From contig OZ024762.1 of the NCBI GenBank assembly GCA_964016885.1, positions 14,260,001 to 14,324,000 of the forward strand: DNA of 64,000 nt, in the 5' to 3' direction. Both the position numbers and the translations under genes were made by a program. The notes below the pieces were generated by a model, which had not been told where the DNA came from, did no database searches, and saw only the letters and a list, made by a program, of their open reading frames with translations. This DNA comes from Eledone cirrhosa (lineage: Eukaryota). Each line of letters begins with the position of its first letter. Positions within the stretch are counted from its first letter, which is position 1. Below, piece after piece: positions 1-12,502 of the stretch.

Positions 1-446
1 CAAGTCAACATCATTGGATACCATCAGAGTTGCAGGTGTTATGTCAGAGTTTTCCTTCTCCTAGAATTCTGCCTTGACAAATGCTAAGGGGTCATCTCTC
101 CCGGTGATTTTGGATGGCCATTGACTCTTAAGAGCTCCTTTGCCCTTTGACAGGTTTTGTTTTTAGTCCTGCAGGATGTCCAAAGTCACCCTCCTCACCA
201 AGAAACCTTGGTGGGGTTGCCAGTTTAGTCGCATACATACATACATACATACATGCATATACATACATATATATATATACATACACACACACATACATAC
301 ATTTCATACATACATACATACATACATACACACATACATACATACATACATACATACATACATACATACATTTCGCACACACATTCAAACATATATATAT
401 ACATACATATATATTTATATATGATTATTTATATATTTATTTATTC

Positions 447-515
<69 letters not shown>

Positions 516-579
516 GGAAAACAAAAACAATAGCGAAGAGTGGAGTACAAAGTATTAGTATTAGGTTCGCCCTTGAGAG

Positions 580-616
<37 letters not shown>

Positions 617-623
617 ATGTATG

Positions 624-676
<53 letters not shown>

Positions 677-1180
677 ATGTATGTATATATATATATATAT
701 ATATATAACGAAGGAAGTGTGGTAAGGAACCAGATGGACTATAACGCACCAAGTACTCAATACTTAGGGTAGAAATAGCCGTCGAAACGGCTTGAGCTCT
801 GCCGTCGGGGTCATACTTTCTATATATATACATACATATGTGTATGAATATATATGTGTGTATGTATGTACATATATGTGTGTGTGTGTGTATATATGTA
901 TATACATGTGTGCGTATGTATATACATGTGTGTGTATGTATATACATGTGTGTGTATGTATATACATGTGTGTGTGTATATATATATGTGTATGTGTATG
1001 AATGTGTATATATATATGTGTATGTGTGTTTGTATGTATGTATATGTTTGTATGTATGTATATATATATATATGTGTGTGTGTATGAATGTATATATACA
1101 TGTGTGTGTATATATATATATATATATGTGTGGTGTGTGTATGTGTTATTACTCCTTGTTCAACGTCTTTAACTTAACAG

Positions 1181-1251
1181 AGATCGATAAATTACAGGAC
1201 TTCGATAGCCACAGACAAATCACTGAAACCACTACAAGAGTAAAAGTATAA
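1181..1251 (+). CDS. Possible terminal coding exon of an upstream gene
   Basis: cttttaacttaacag acceptor-like site, then an open frame (E)IDKLQDFDSHRQITETTTRVKV-stop and ~500 bp of unique UTR-like sequence. No family motif recognised. Confidence 0.25.
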
Positions 1252-1750
1252 TTTCCTCCTTAACTAGAAAGTATAAGAATCTATTTTGTAGTGTAAGTGG
1301 CTGGGCATTTCACAAGCACGTGTAGCCATAACCAAAAAGTATAACTGGAAGAATCTACATAAAAGCTTTATCTCACATAATATCGAATCTATGAGATTTT
1401 GATATTATCTATTTTGAGAACAATGCCTTAACATCTGTATGAGTGGCCAGTTACGGCTGGTTTGAACAGAAAGAGGTGAGAGAATTCTGGCTAAATACGG
1501 CCGGTTTAAGTGCTAAAGGTTTAACGAACTGATGGGAGATCTGTAGACACTATAGATTTAGTTGTATACCAGTAATTATTGTGGTATTTTGGTATGTAAC
1601 TAACTGTCGCAAAGCCAATTGTGAGTAGCTTGGCTTGACAAAAACCACATTGGACACAACTAATTAAGAAACTCCAGTTAAAGTCATTAATGCAACTGTG
1701 AAATTATGTCAAGAATCCTACCCACTTTAGCTTATATTATATACACATGT

Positions 1751-3050
1751 GGGGGCGGTGGATTGGCAATATCGGTAGAGGGTCAGACGACATGCTTTGG
1801 CGCATAGAGTTACGGCCCTTGCCATTCTAAGTTCAAATCCCGCAAAGGTTAACTTTGCCTTTCATCCTTACGGGGTCGATAAAATAAAGTACCAGTAATA
1901 CACTGGAATAATTGCTGGCTTTGTGCCAAAAGTAGAAACAATTATATATACATGTACAAGGACAGTTGGTTGTCATAATCGGTAGAGCATCAGACAAAAT
2001 GCTTTGTGGCGATATTTATTTCAGTTCTTTACATTCTGAGTTTAAGTCCTGCAAAGGTAAGCTTTGCTTTTCATCCTTCCGTGATCGATAAAATAAAATA
2101 CCAGCCAAGCACTTGGATCGATATATTCAACTTTCCCCCTTTTCCACAAATATGCTGCCCTTTGTGCCTGAATTATTATTTGACCGTTCAAGGGCAGTGG
2201 ATTGGCAGAACCGGTAGAGCGTCGGACAACTTGCTTTGTAACATTTGATTAGGGCCTCGTTACGTTCTGAGTTCAAATCCCACCGAGGTCAGCTTTGCCA
2301 TTCATCCTTACGTGGTCGATAAAATAAAATACCAGTAATACACTGCGGTCGATAAACAAAAGTAACAGTTAGATGCTGGGTCGATATAATCAACTTTCGA
2401 TATAGAATCAAATTTACCCTTCGTCCTTCCCAATTTACTAATTGGTAGACGCTTTGAGGCATAGAGTTACGACCCTTTAAGCTCTGTGTTCATATTCCGT
2501 CTAGGCTAACTTTGCCTTTCATCCTTACGGGATGAAAATAAAGTACCAGTAAAATAAAGTACCAGTAATACACTGGGGGTCTTCTACCAATGCTAAAAAT
2601 AACAATGATATAATAATGAGTGTGATGGATTGGCACTGTCGGTAGAATGTCTGATATGCTTCGCAGCATAGAGTTACGTCTCTTTACGTTCTGAGTTCAA
2701 ATCCCGCTGAAGTTAGCTTTGCCTTTCATTCGTACGGGGTCGATGAAATAAAGTACCAGTTACGCACTGGGGTCTATTTAATCGACTGTCCCCTCCCCAA
2801 ACATTGTTGGCCTTGTGCCTAAATTAAAAAAACCCATCATTATTTGATACGTATGGCGGTGGATTGGCAGTATCGGTAGAGGGTCGGACGCCATGCTTCG
2901 ATGCATAGAGTTATGGCCCTTGCCATTCTGAGTTCAAATCCCGCCGAGGTTAACTTTGCCTTTCATCCTTACGGGGGTCGATAAAATAAAGTACCAGTAA
3001 TACACTGGTTAATTGCTGGCCTTGTGCCTAAAGTAGAAACAATTATTTGA
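1751..3050 (+). mobile_element. Cluster of ~6-7 head-to-tail tRNA-derived SINEs
   Basis: Repeated ggcggtggattggcagtatcggtagag (A-box-like) ... gagttcaaatccc (B box) ... gcctttcatccttacggggtcgataaa...agtaccag (resembles the MetaSINE central domain) ... (ATT)n tail. Confidence 0.9.
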
Positions 3051-3904
3051 TACGTATGTGTTGTACTAAAACGGTCCGTCCGGATTTAGGACAAATGAGG
3101 GCCTGGGCTAATTATGAGGTCCCTTTACTCGTAAAAAATCCATCGTAAAGAATATTTTTGGCAGGAAGATGGGACCCCTTGGCCAACGGGGCCTTATGCT
3201 TAAGGACATCTTATCACAATTGTAAATCTAGCAAGGGGTACTTTATATCGATAAAAAATGCAAGACAAAGAGAGAAAGGTTGTAGTTTAATGTCCAGTTG
3301 GTACACCATAGTAAAATGTAGTTCACTGCAGTACTACTGTATGGTGTAGAGCTATTTCTATCGTGCAATATTCTTAATGTATGGTAAGACAGTGGAATCT
3401 AAATAAAATTAAAAATCTATAACGTTCTATTTATAAATAGCATCAGTCAAATAGAGATTTAATGGTATAATTATAGACTGTGGGCTGTGCTCAACTACAG
3501 CTACAGTCGAACAAGATCTGACATATATAGATTATACACATATATATATTTATATATATATACATATATATATATATATTTAAACATTTATATATATATA
3601 AAAGCATATATATATATATATGTGTGTGTGTGTGTATATATATATATGTGAGTGTGTGTAGGTGTGAGTGTTTGTGTATTTCTATGTGTAGGTGTGTGTG
3701 TGTGTGTATGCCTGTGTGTTTGTATATATATATGTGTACGTGTATCTGTGTATGGGTGTATGTATATGTCTGTGTGTAGGTGTGACTGTGTGTGTCTATA
3801 TATATGTGTGTGTGTGTCTATATATATGTGTATATTTACTGTGCAGTCACTGTTTACAGTGACAGCTTCTTCCTTCCTATATTGTTATTTCTGTTTACCT
3901 TGCC

Positions 3905-4001
<97 letters not shown>

Positions 4002-4074
4002 CACTCTCCTCACCCTGGTGAAAGAAAGTTCGACCACCGTTTAACAGTTTATTAACCACTTACATTGACCATGA

Positions 4075-5152
4075 GCAGCACAACAGAACAGAACACATCA
4101 CAACACAACTTATCACAACACATATCACAACTTAACACACAACACAGTACAACACATCATAACAGAACACAACATGCAACACAACACACATCACAACTTA
4201 ACACACAACACAGTATAACTCATCACATCACATCACAACACAGTACAACACATCATAACAGAACACATCACATCACAACATACACCACCGTATAAACTCA
4301 TCACATCACAACATAATACAACACATCCTAACAGAACTCAACATACAACACATCACATCACAACTTAACATACACCACAGAGTAACTCATCACAACTTAA
4401 CACACAACATAGTAGAACACGTCAGAACAACACAACACAGTACAACTTAACACACATCACATCACAACACACCACATCACAACACAGTACAACACATCTT
4501 AACAGAACACAACACACAGCACATCACATCACAACTTAACATACACCACAGTATAACTCAAAACAACACAACTGATCGCAACACATCAGAACACAGCACA
4601 ACACATCAGAACACATCACAACACATCAGAACACATCACAACACAACACAACTGATGGCAACACATCAGAACACATCACAACACAACACAACACAGCACA
4701 CCACAGCACATCACAACACAACACAACACAACACAACACAACACAACACATCACAACACATCACAACACATCACATCACATCACATCACATCACATCACA
4801 TCACAATACATCACAACACATCACAACACATCACAATACATCACATCACATCACATCACATCATGTATCATATCATATCACAACACAACACAACACAACA
4901 CAACACAACACAACACATCACATCACATCACATCACATCACATCACATCACATCACATCACATCACATCACATCACATCGCATCGCATCGCATCGCATCG
5001 CATCACAACACACCACACCACCCCACATCGCATCACATCACAACACATCACAACACATCACAACACATCACAACACATCACAACACATCACAACACATCA
5101 CAACACATCACAACACATCACAACACATCACAACACAACACAACACAACACA
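4075..5152. repeat. Pentanucleotide microsatellite (ACACA/ATCAC/ATCGC)
   Basis: Direct reading. Confidence 0.95.
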
Positions 5153-5594
5153 GTGGGTCAACAAGTGAGGCCGACTGTAACCAGGTAACACCCCCTTTCA
5201 AAACAGATGACCCTTTATTGAAAGATGGATGGATAGATAGATAGAGAGTAGATAGATAGAGAGAGAGAGTAGATAGATAGATGGATGGACAAACAGACAG
5301 ACTGATAGACAAATAGAGAGACAGAGACAGCTAGACATACAAACAGACAGAAAGATAGACAGACGTGGTGATATCTGACGAGTAATTATCATTATTAAAT
5401 GTATATACACATTTATATTCAGCTGTATATAATTACAAACCGGAAGAGAGAGAGAGAGAGAGGGAGAGAGAGGAAAAGAAACATAAAGAAAACAGCAGGA
5501 AGGAAAGAGGGAGGGAAGGGTTGACAGAAAAATAGCTAAGTTTTATAAGAACGAGAGGGGGAGAAAGGAGAAGGGGAGGAATCTGTTGACCCTC

Positions 5595-6430
5595 CCTGGT
5601 CTGGATGATATGGTTCTGTTGTGCTCTGCAGACAAAATGGTGAAATCTCTGCCAGAGAGATCTGCTGGAGACTCCACTGTCTCAACCATTTCAAGCTCAT
5701 AGGACTAGAGATCTGCCCTGTGACGCCCCTGGGTTAGCCATTTTAAGCTCATGGAACCACTCCTTCTGCGACTAACCCAGGTTCTACTGCACTTCGGGTC
5801 GAGTAAGGTAAACTCTTCAAAGATTGGTCACTCTCCGACAGGTTTGCTGTCGAGCCCGTGGCAGTGACAGTAGCAGTGGAGACTTCTGGTGTCCTTGGCC
5901 CTAGAGCCACCATCCTGCTCACCACCATCGACACAGAGTTGGCTACCCATAGCAGTGGAGACTTTTGGTGTCCTTGGCCCTAGAGCCACCATCCTGCTCA
6001 CCACCATCGACACAGAGTTGGCTACCCATAGCAGTGGAGACTTCTGGTGTCCTTGGCCCTAGAGCCACCATCCTGCTCACCACCATCGACACAGAGTTGG
6101 CTACCCATAGCAGTGGAGACTTCTGGTGTCCTTGGCCCTAGAGCCACCATCCTGCTCACCACCATCGACACAGAGTTGGCTACCCATAGCAGTGGAGACT
6201 TCTGGTGTCCTTGGCCCTAGAGCCACCATCCTGCTCACCACCATCGACACAGAGTTGGCTACCCATAGCAGTGGAGACTTCTGGTGTCCTTGGCCCTAGA
6301 GCCACCTCCCTACTCGCCACCATCGACACCATATTACTGAGGGAAATAACAGTCTGGGGACCGGGTGGGGGGACACTAGTAATCACCATGGCAACCAGCA
6401 TGAAAAGGAGAACGATCTGTGTAAACCGAA
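5595..6430 (+). mobile_element. Decayed C-terminus of an RLE-type (CRE-like) non-LTR retrotransposon
   Basis: LSDRFAVEPVAV...ETSGVLGPRA..LL..I resembles the F.P.AVET.G..GP.A segment of restriction-like endonuclease domains; stops and frameshifts upstream. Confidence 0.55.
5871..6330 (+). repeat. 79-bp tandem repeat, ~6 copies
   Basis: Units start at 5871, 5950, 6029, 6108, 6187 and 6266; near-identical, last one diverged. Confidence 0.95.
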
Positions 6431-6477
6431 GAAGCAATTTTAGCAGCTAGAAAACTTCATTATTTACTTTACATTCA

Positions 6478-6670
6478 GGGCGGTGGATTGGCAGTATCGG
6501 TAGAGAGTCGGACGCCATGCTTTGACGCATAGAGTTACGGCCCTTGCCATTCTGAGATCAAATCCCGCCAAGGTTAACTTTGCCTTTCATCCTTACGGGG
6601 TCGATAAAATAAAGTACCAGTAATACACTGGATAATTGCTGGCCTTGTGCCAAAAGTAGAAACAATTATT
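6478..6670 (+). mobile_element. Full-length SINE of the same family. Other copies: 16636-17030 (+, two), 17134-17300 (-), 17902-18092 (+), 25187-25372 (+), 26450-26690 (+), 27058-27270 (+), 27368-27544 (-), 36111-36286 (-), 36294-36477 (+), 38550-38770 (+), 40389-40543 (+), 56677-57250 (mixed), 58069-58222 (+)
   Basis: Same A/B boxes, central domain and tail. Confidence 0.9.
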
Positions 6671-8300
6671 TACTTTACATTCACCATAAGATTGAAGACT
6701 GGTCTTTAACTCTTATTGGCGACGTAGGGACGCCATCTTTATACATTGCGTGTCTTGGCTATTTTACCCCTGGAGGAGCCCATATCCTCTCCTAGTTTGA
6801 TCACAGCTACAGCCTATTTCTTCCAGAGAAAGAGAGAGAGAGAAGAAGAATCAACTCCAGTACTTTACTGGTACTTATTTTTTTTTATCTCGAAATGATA
6901 AAAGGCAAATTTGACATCAACTCAGAGCGTAATAAACCGGAAGAAATATCGAGGAATCTATTTTTATTTTTTAATCCGACATCCTACCTAACAATGCTGA
7001 CAATTTGTCGCCTTTTAATTTAATGAACGAATCCTTGAAGACACCTAATCCAGATGTTTGATTCTTTCCTCCGTTGGCGCCAGTTCTTGTCTAAAACGTC
7101 TGAAAGTCTGTCTCAATCCCGGAAGCTCATTAGGATTGTACTTATCTCAGTTTCCTTGATAATAAGCGAGTGAGAGTACAAGACTCCTCCCTGGATAGGA
7201 TATCATTCCAAGCAGGTTTAAACACTGTCCCTAAACCAGGATGCTCCAGTGGTCGGTTCTTATCTCAGTTTCCTTGATATTAAGCGACTGGGAGTACAAG
7301 GCCCTTTCTCCCTGGATAGGATATCAGTCCAAGCAGGTTTAAACTCTGTCCCTAAGGCATGTGGCTTAGTGGTTAGAGAGTTGGATTCGCAATCGAGAAG
7401 TTGCTAGTGTAATTCTCGGACCGGGTGATGCGTTGTGTCCTTGAGCAAGACACTTTATTTCACGTTGCTCCTTCTGCCAGGAATTGCGACTGACAGGTAG
7501 TATCAGCAATGGAAAGACCAATGGAAATATTATTTCCTTGGTCCGATTTGACGAGGTCCATCCCACTCGACAAGCGAATGAGGTCAGGGATCTCGTTGAT
7601 CAACCAGAGTGAGCTAAATCAGGATGCTCAAGTGACTGGTACTTATCCCAGTTTCCTTGGCGCTAAGCAACTGAGAGTAAAAGACTTCTTCCCCACTACC
7701 ACCACCGTTCCCTGGACAGGTCGTCTGCAGGCTTTTATTATGCACATTTCTTCTTTAAATAAGCTACATTGGCGAATTGGCAGAGTTGTTAGAACGTCGA
7801 ATATAATGTTTTGTAGCATTCATTTCTGCTCTCTGAGTTCAAATCCCGCCGAGGTCAGCTCTGCCTTTTATCCTTTTGTCAAGTACTGGGGTCGATTCTT
7901 CCTCTATATCTCTTTCTCTTTCTCTCTCTCTCTCACATCTCTTTCTCTTTCTCTCTCTCTCTCACTTTCTATCTTTCTCTGGAAGAAATCTGCTGCACCT
8001 AGGTTTGGAGAGGGATGGGCTCCACCAGATTTAAAATGCCCCCAAAACGCCGTATATCAATACGGCGCCCCTACGACTCTATTAATAGTTACGGGGCCAT
8101 ATAAACATACAAGTTATATGAGGTCTGGACGTGGGCAATGATGTACTGAATGTCTCCCTTGCCGTCCTCCGGGAAAACCCCTTCTGTCCCCCGGGGCTGT
8201 GGGGGAGACATGCCGATTAGATTACGAATTCTGTTGAATAGTCCTCTATATATTGTGTAGTCACTAACAATTACTCGTTGGATTTTGTTTACTTTCTCCA

Positions 8301-9010
8301 AATAATTGTTTCTACTTTTGGCACAAGGCCAGCAATTACCTCAGTACATTACTGGTACTTTATTTTATCGACCCCCTTTAAGGATGAAAGGCGAAGTTAA
8401 CCTCGACGGGATTTGAACTCAGACCGTAAAGGGACGTAGCTATGCTAGAAAGCATGGCGTCGAACCCTCTACCGATACTGCCAATAATAATAATTGTTTC
8501 TACTTTTGGCACAAGGCCAGCAATTACCTCAGTACATTACTGGTACTTTATTTTATCGACCCCCTTTAAGGATGAAAGGCAAAGTAAACCTCGGCGGGAT
8601 TTGAACTCAGAATGGCAAGGACCGTAACTCTATGCGTCAAAGCATGGCGTCCGACCCTATAATAATTGTTTCTACTTTTGGCACAAGGCCAGCAATTACC
8701 CAAGTACATTACTGGTACTTTATTTTATCGACCCCGTAAGGATGAAAGGCAAAGTAAACCTCGGCGGGATTTGAACTCAGAATGGCAAGGACCGTAACTC
8801 TATGCGTCAAAGCATGGCGTCCGACCCTATAATAATTGTTTCTAGTTTTGGCACAAGGCTAGCAATTACCCCAGTACATTACTGGTACTTTATTTAATCG
8901 ACCCCCTTTAAGGATGAAAGGCGAAGTTAACCTCGACGGGATTTGAACTCAGACCGTAAAGGGACGTAACTATGCTAGAAAGCATGGCGTCGAACCCTCT
9001 ACCGATACTT
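8301..9010 (-). mobile_element. Tandem array of four copies of the same SINE family
   Basis: Four consecutive minus-strand copies starting near 8301, 8490, 8660 and 8830. Confidence 0.9.
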
Positions 9011-9346
9011 CATAAACATACATATATAGCCATCACCTTTTTATTTCATATTCTGCCACACGTGTGTTAGAGTAGCTGACATCATATCCCAAGCGAGAAA
9101 TTTATCTTTCATCCAACCACGTGACGGAAGTTGGAGATAAGCTTCGTCCTCTCTTATGTAACTAATTCCCGTTGATTGCAGCAAAGGAGTCAATTACTTT
9201 CATCCTTTATCTACAGAACTGATTACAAAATAGAGACTCACATCCTATACAAACGTTTTATCAGCAACACCGTAAAATGACTCCATCTACCTATTAATTA
9301 ATTTTTCTCACATTGTGTGTGTATATATATACATATATATGTATAT

Positions 9347-9374
<28 letters not shown>

Positions 9375-9377
<3 letters not shown>

Positions 9378-9822
9378 TAACTATGTACTCGTACATACAT
9401 ATATGTATACAGACGTACAGTAGTATGTATATATATATACATACATGCACACATATATATATATGGACGTATGGATTCACCGAACATTTATTATAATGCT
9501 CAGTGTGTTTGTAAACAAACATCCCGTATTAAGCCGTAGTGTCCAGCAACCATCGTTGCTCATTTGTTCAACACTGACAAAGGAACGCTGTTAATATGCA
9601 TAAGATAAGTATATACGTTCAACAATCTGGCAGGAAGGTATACGGTGCTGACGATAGCTAATAAGCTTGAAACTAGTACAGCGTTCCTTTGTCAGTGTTG
9701 AACAAATGAGCAACGATGGTTGCTGGACACTACGGCTTAATACGGGATGTTTGTTTACAAACACACTGAGCATTATAATAAATGTTCGGTGAATCCATAC
9801 GTCCATATATATATATGTGTGC

Positions 9823-9869
<47 letters not shown>

Positions 9870-9922
9870 CATACTACTGTACGTCTGTATACATATATGT
9901 ATGTACGAGTACATAGTTATAT
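9375..9922. repeat. Long inverted repeat (arms 9375-9591 and 9678-9922) with hammerhead core in the spacer
   Basis: Arms are near-exact reverse complements apart from the length of an internal (TA)n. Confidence 0.92.
9642..9684 (+). ncRNA. Minimal type I hammerhead ribozyme motif
   Basis: acggtg-CTGACGA-t agct aata agct t-GAAA-C ta G-TA-cagcgt. Stem I has 5 of 6 pairs, stem II agct/agct, 1-bp stem III within palindromic ACTAGT. Predicted cleavage after 9678. Confidence 0.7.
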
Positions 9923-9975
9923 TTAAGTAACAGCCGTACTAAGAGTGGGAAATGAAATTTCGTTTCATTTTTTCC

Positions 9976-10012
<37 letters not shown>

Positions 10013-10149
10013 CAAATTGGATATTCAATTTCTCTTGGTAATTCAACAAATATAAATGTTTATAACTGATTCAGAGCACTCGACAGATTTCTAGAGTATA
10101 ATATATATCAATGATATTAAATAAATGGAAACTATATTTATAAAACCAT

Positions 10150-10190
<41 letters not shown>

Positions 10191-10203
10191 CAGAATATTA
10201 ATA

Positions 10204-10572
10204 AATGAAGACATTCACATAATCAAAATATGTTTTATTATATATATTTCGAAGGTACTGTGCTGTTTTTTCAGTACGTCCTCGTCAGATAAAATACATG
10301 AATTGATGTATGACATACCTTAACGGTCTTGATGGTTCAATTCCAGTATTGGCAATACTGGAATTGAACCATCAAGACAATTGAGGTATGTCATACATCA
10401 ATTCATATATTTTATCTGACGAGGACGTACTAAAAAAACAGCACAGTACCTTCGAAATATATATAATAAAACATATATTTTGATTATCCGAATGTCTTCA
10501 TTGTAGAGTGCTTTTAACCTATTGTAAAACTATATTCATTGAGTAATCAATGAACCATATTAATCTTTGATT
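10204..10572 (+). mobile_element. Penelope pLTR/retrozyme-like element with snap-back inverted duplication (palindrome 10204-10502, centre 10352)
   Basis: Arms of ~150 bp with few mismatches, 1-nt loop, hammerhead motif, (TA)n flanks. Confidence 0.65.
10410..10471 (+). ncRNA. Minimal type I hammerhead ribozyme motif (antisense copy in left arm of palindrome)
   Basis: ttttat-CTGACGA-ggacgtact...agtaccttc-GAAA-T atat A-TA-ataaaa. Stem I ttttat/ataaaa, stem II gtact/agtac, palindromic loop III ATAT. Confidence 0.68.
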
Positions 10573-10585
10573 ATATATATATATA

Positions 10586-10638
<53 letters not shown>

Positions 10639-11718
10639 ATATATCTATATACATACATACATGATGATGGCTGCCCCCTCGTTATCGAGTATGGCCATTG
10701 CACGATATACCATTATTAATAATTATTAATTAATTCTATCGTGCAATGCCTGTGCGTGAAGATATTTTTTTAAAGTGAGGAAAGACTGTGCACTGAGCCA
10801 ATCCCACTCTCTGAGCGACAGTAGCTATAACCTGAAAAGAAGAAAAGATCAACATCATCGGTAACTACTGAGCTGAAGGTTTTATATCGGAGTTATCCCA
10901 GTTTCCTGAGTTGCCTTCTCCTAGAAGAATGCCCTGACAAAGGCTAGGGGTCCTTCACTCCCAGTGGTTTAACCGCGCGGTACATGTGTACACACACACA
11001 CACACACACACACCACACACCACACACACCACACACACACCACACACACCACACACACACCACACACACACCACACACACACCACACACCACACACACAC
11101 ACACAATAATAATGGAGCTGCGGCGTTGCAAATGGGTTACATATGAAAAAGTAAGTCCTTCGTCAGTGGCCTTCCAACCGTCCTAGGCATTTCAAGCGAG
11201 AATCGCATTTCGGCGGGTAGAAATTAGCGAAACGCAACTTCCATATTGTGCAGACGAGCGCTCCATGGATATGAAGAAGATACCAGAATATATATTTACT
11301 CTTTTACCTGTTCCAATCATCTGGCTGAGGCCATGCTGGGGCACCGCCCTTGTTGCTACACATTCTATCTCCAGCCTGTGTTGGCTAGCCATTGGTGTAA
11401 GAGGGAGTTCGTTACAGCTGTCCTTGGGTTTCCTTCGTACCATGCTGTGGGCTCATCCGGGATCCTGGATAGCAGGGTGTCGAGATGTTTCTTGAAAACA
11501 TCCACGTACACACCATGTGGATCTCTTAAATTTCTTGGCAGCTTGTTGAAGAGTTATATATATACATATATGTAGATGTATATATATATGTATATGTGTG
11601 TGTATGTGTGTGTGTACATATACAGGGTGTCCCCAAAAGATGTATGCACACTTCAACAGCATATAGTCCAGAATTAACCGTCGAAACGGCTTGAGCTCAG
11701 CCGTCGGGGTCCTACTCG

Positions 11719-11785
<67 letters not shown>

Positions 11786-11788
<3 letters not shown>

Positions 11789-11922
11789 CAGAATAAGCCG
11801 TCGAAACGGCTTGAGCTCAGCCGTCGGGGTCCTACTCGTTCCTATTACCCACTCTACTACCCTAAGTATTGAGTACTTTGGTGCGTTATGGTCCACCTGG
11901 TTCCTTACCACATTTCCTTCGT
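11786..11922 (+). mobile_element. Representative of a ~140-bp (TA)n-embedded family carrying a half-hammerhead. Other copies: ~706-820, 11666-11720, 13606-13800, 21492-21686, 22121-22213 (3' part only), 37330-37495, 39643-39782, 40688-40862, 58368-58542
   Basis: Shared sequence gtcGAAACGGC(tt/cg)gagctcaGCCGTCgggg...ctattacccactctactac...gtattgagtact...ccttaccaca; copies abut (TA)n or, once, (CA)n. Confidence 0.85.
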
Positions 11923-11949
11923 TATATATATATATATGTGTGTGTGTAA

Positions 11950-11980
<31 letters not shown>

Positions 11981-12149
11981 TACGATTAGTTTAGCTGTAT
12001 TCAAATATCAACCAAGATAGATAAAAAAAAACTTCGATATGCGATAAACATAACTTGTATATAAATTGTAGTACATGTACAAAATAGATGTTTTGGTAGT
12101 TTGGGGGAAAAGATATAATTATTGGTGGGCATGACCCCTGCCCTTTATC

Positions 12150-12500
12150 GGGGTTTTAGTGCATTTGTCACAGTGTCTTAGCCCTTATCAGTCTTGGTAC
12201 ACTGGTCACTGTATAGCTACTCTTATCATTGTTTTAGTACACTTGTTCCACTGTTTGTACTTAGTCATGTCTTAGTACACTTGTCACTATGTTGGTACAT
12301 ATGTCTCTATGTTGGTACATATGTCTCTATGTTAGTACACTTGTCACTATGTTAGTACATATGTCTCTATTCTATGTTAGTACATATGTCACTATGTTAG
12401 TACATATGTCACTATCTTAGTACACTTGTCACTATGTTAATATACTTGTAATTGTGTTAGTACAGTTGTCACTCTGTTGGTACATATGTCATTGTCTTAG
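12150..12500. repeat. Degenerate ~20-bp tandem repeat (gttagtacacttgtcactat)
   Basis: About 15 imperfect copies ending at the hAT TSD. Confidence 0.85.
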
Positions 12501-12502
12501 AC

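Noticed and set aside
1751-3050. tRNA genes
   Set aside because: A and B boxes belong to SINE heads; no cloverleaf or terminator, and a conserved SINE body follows.
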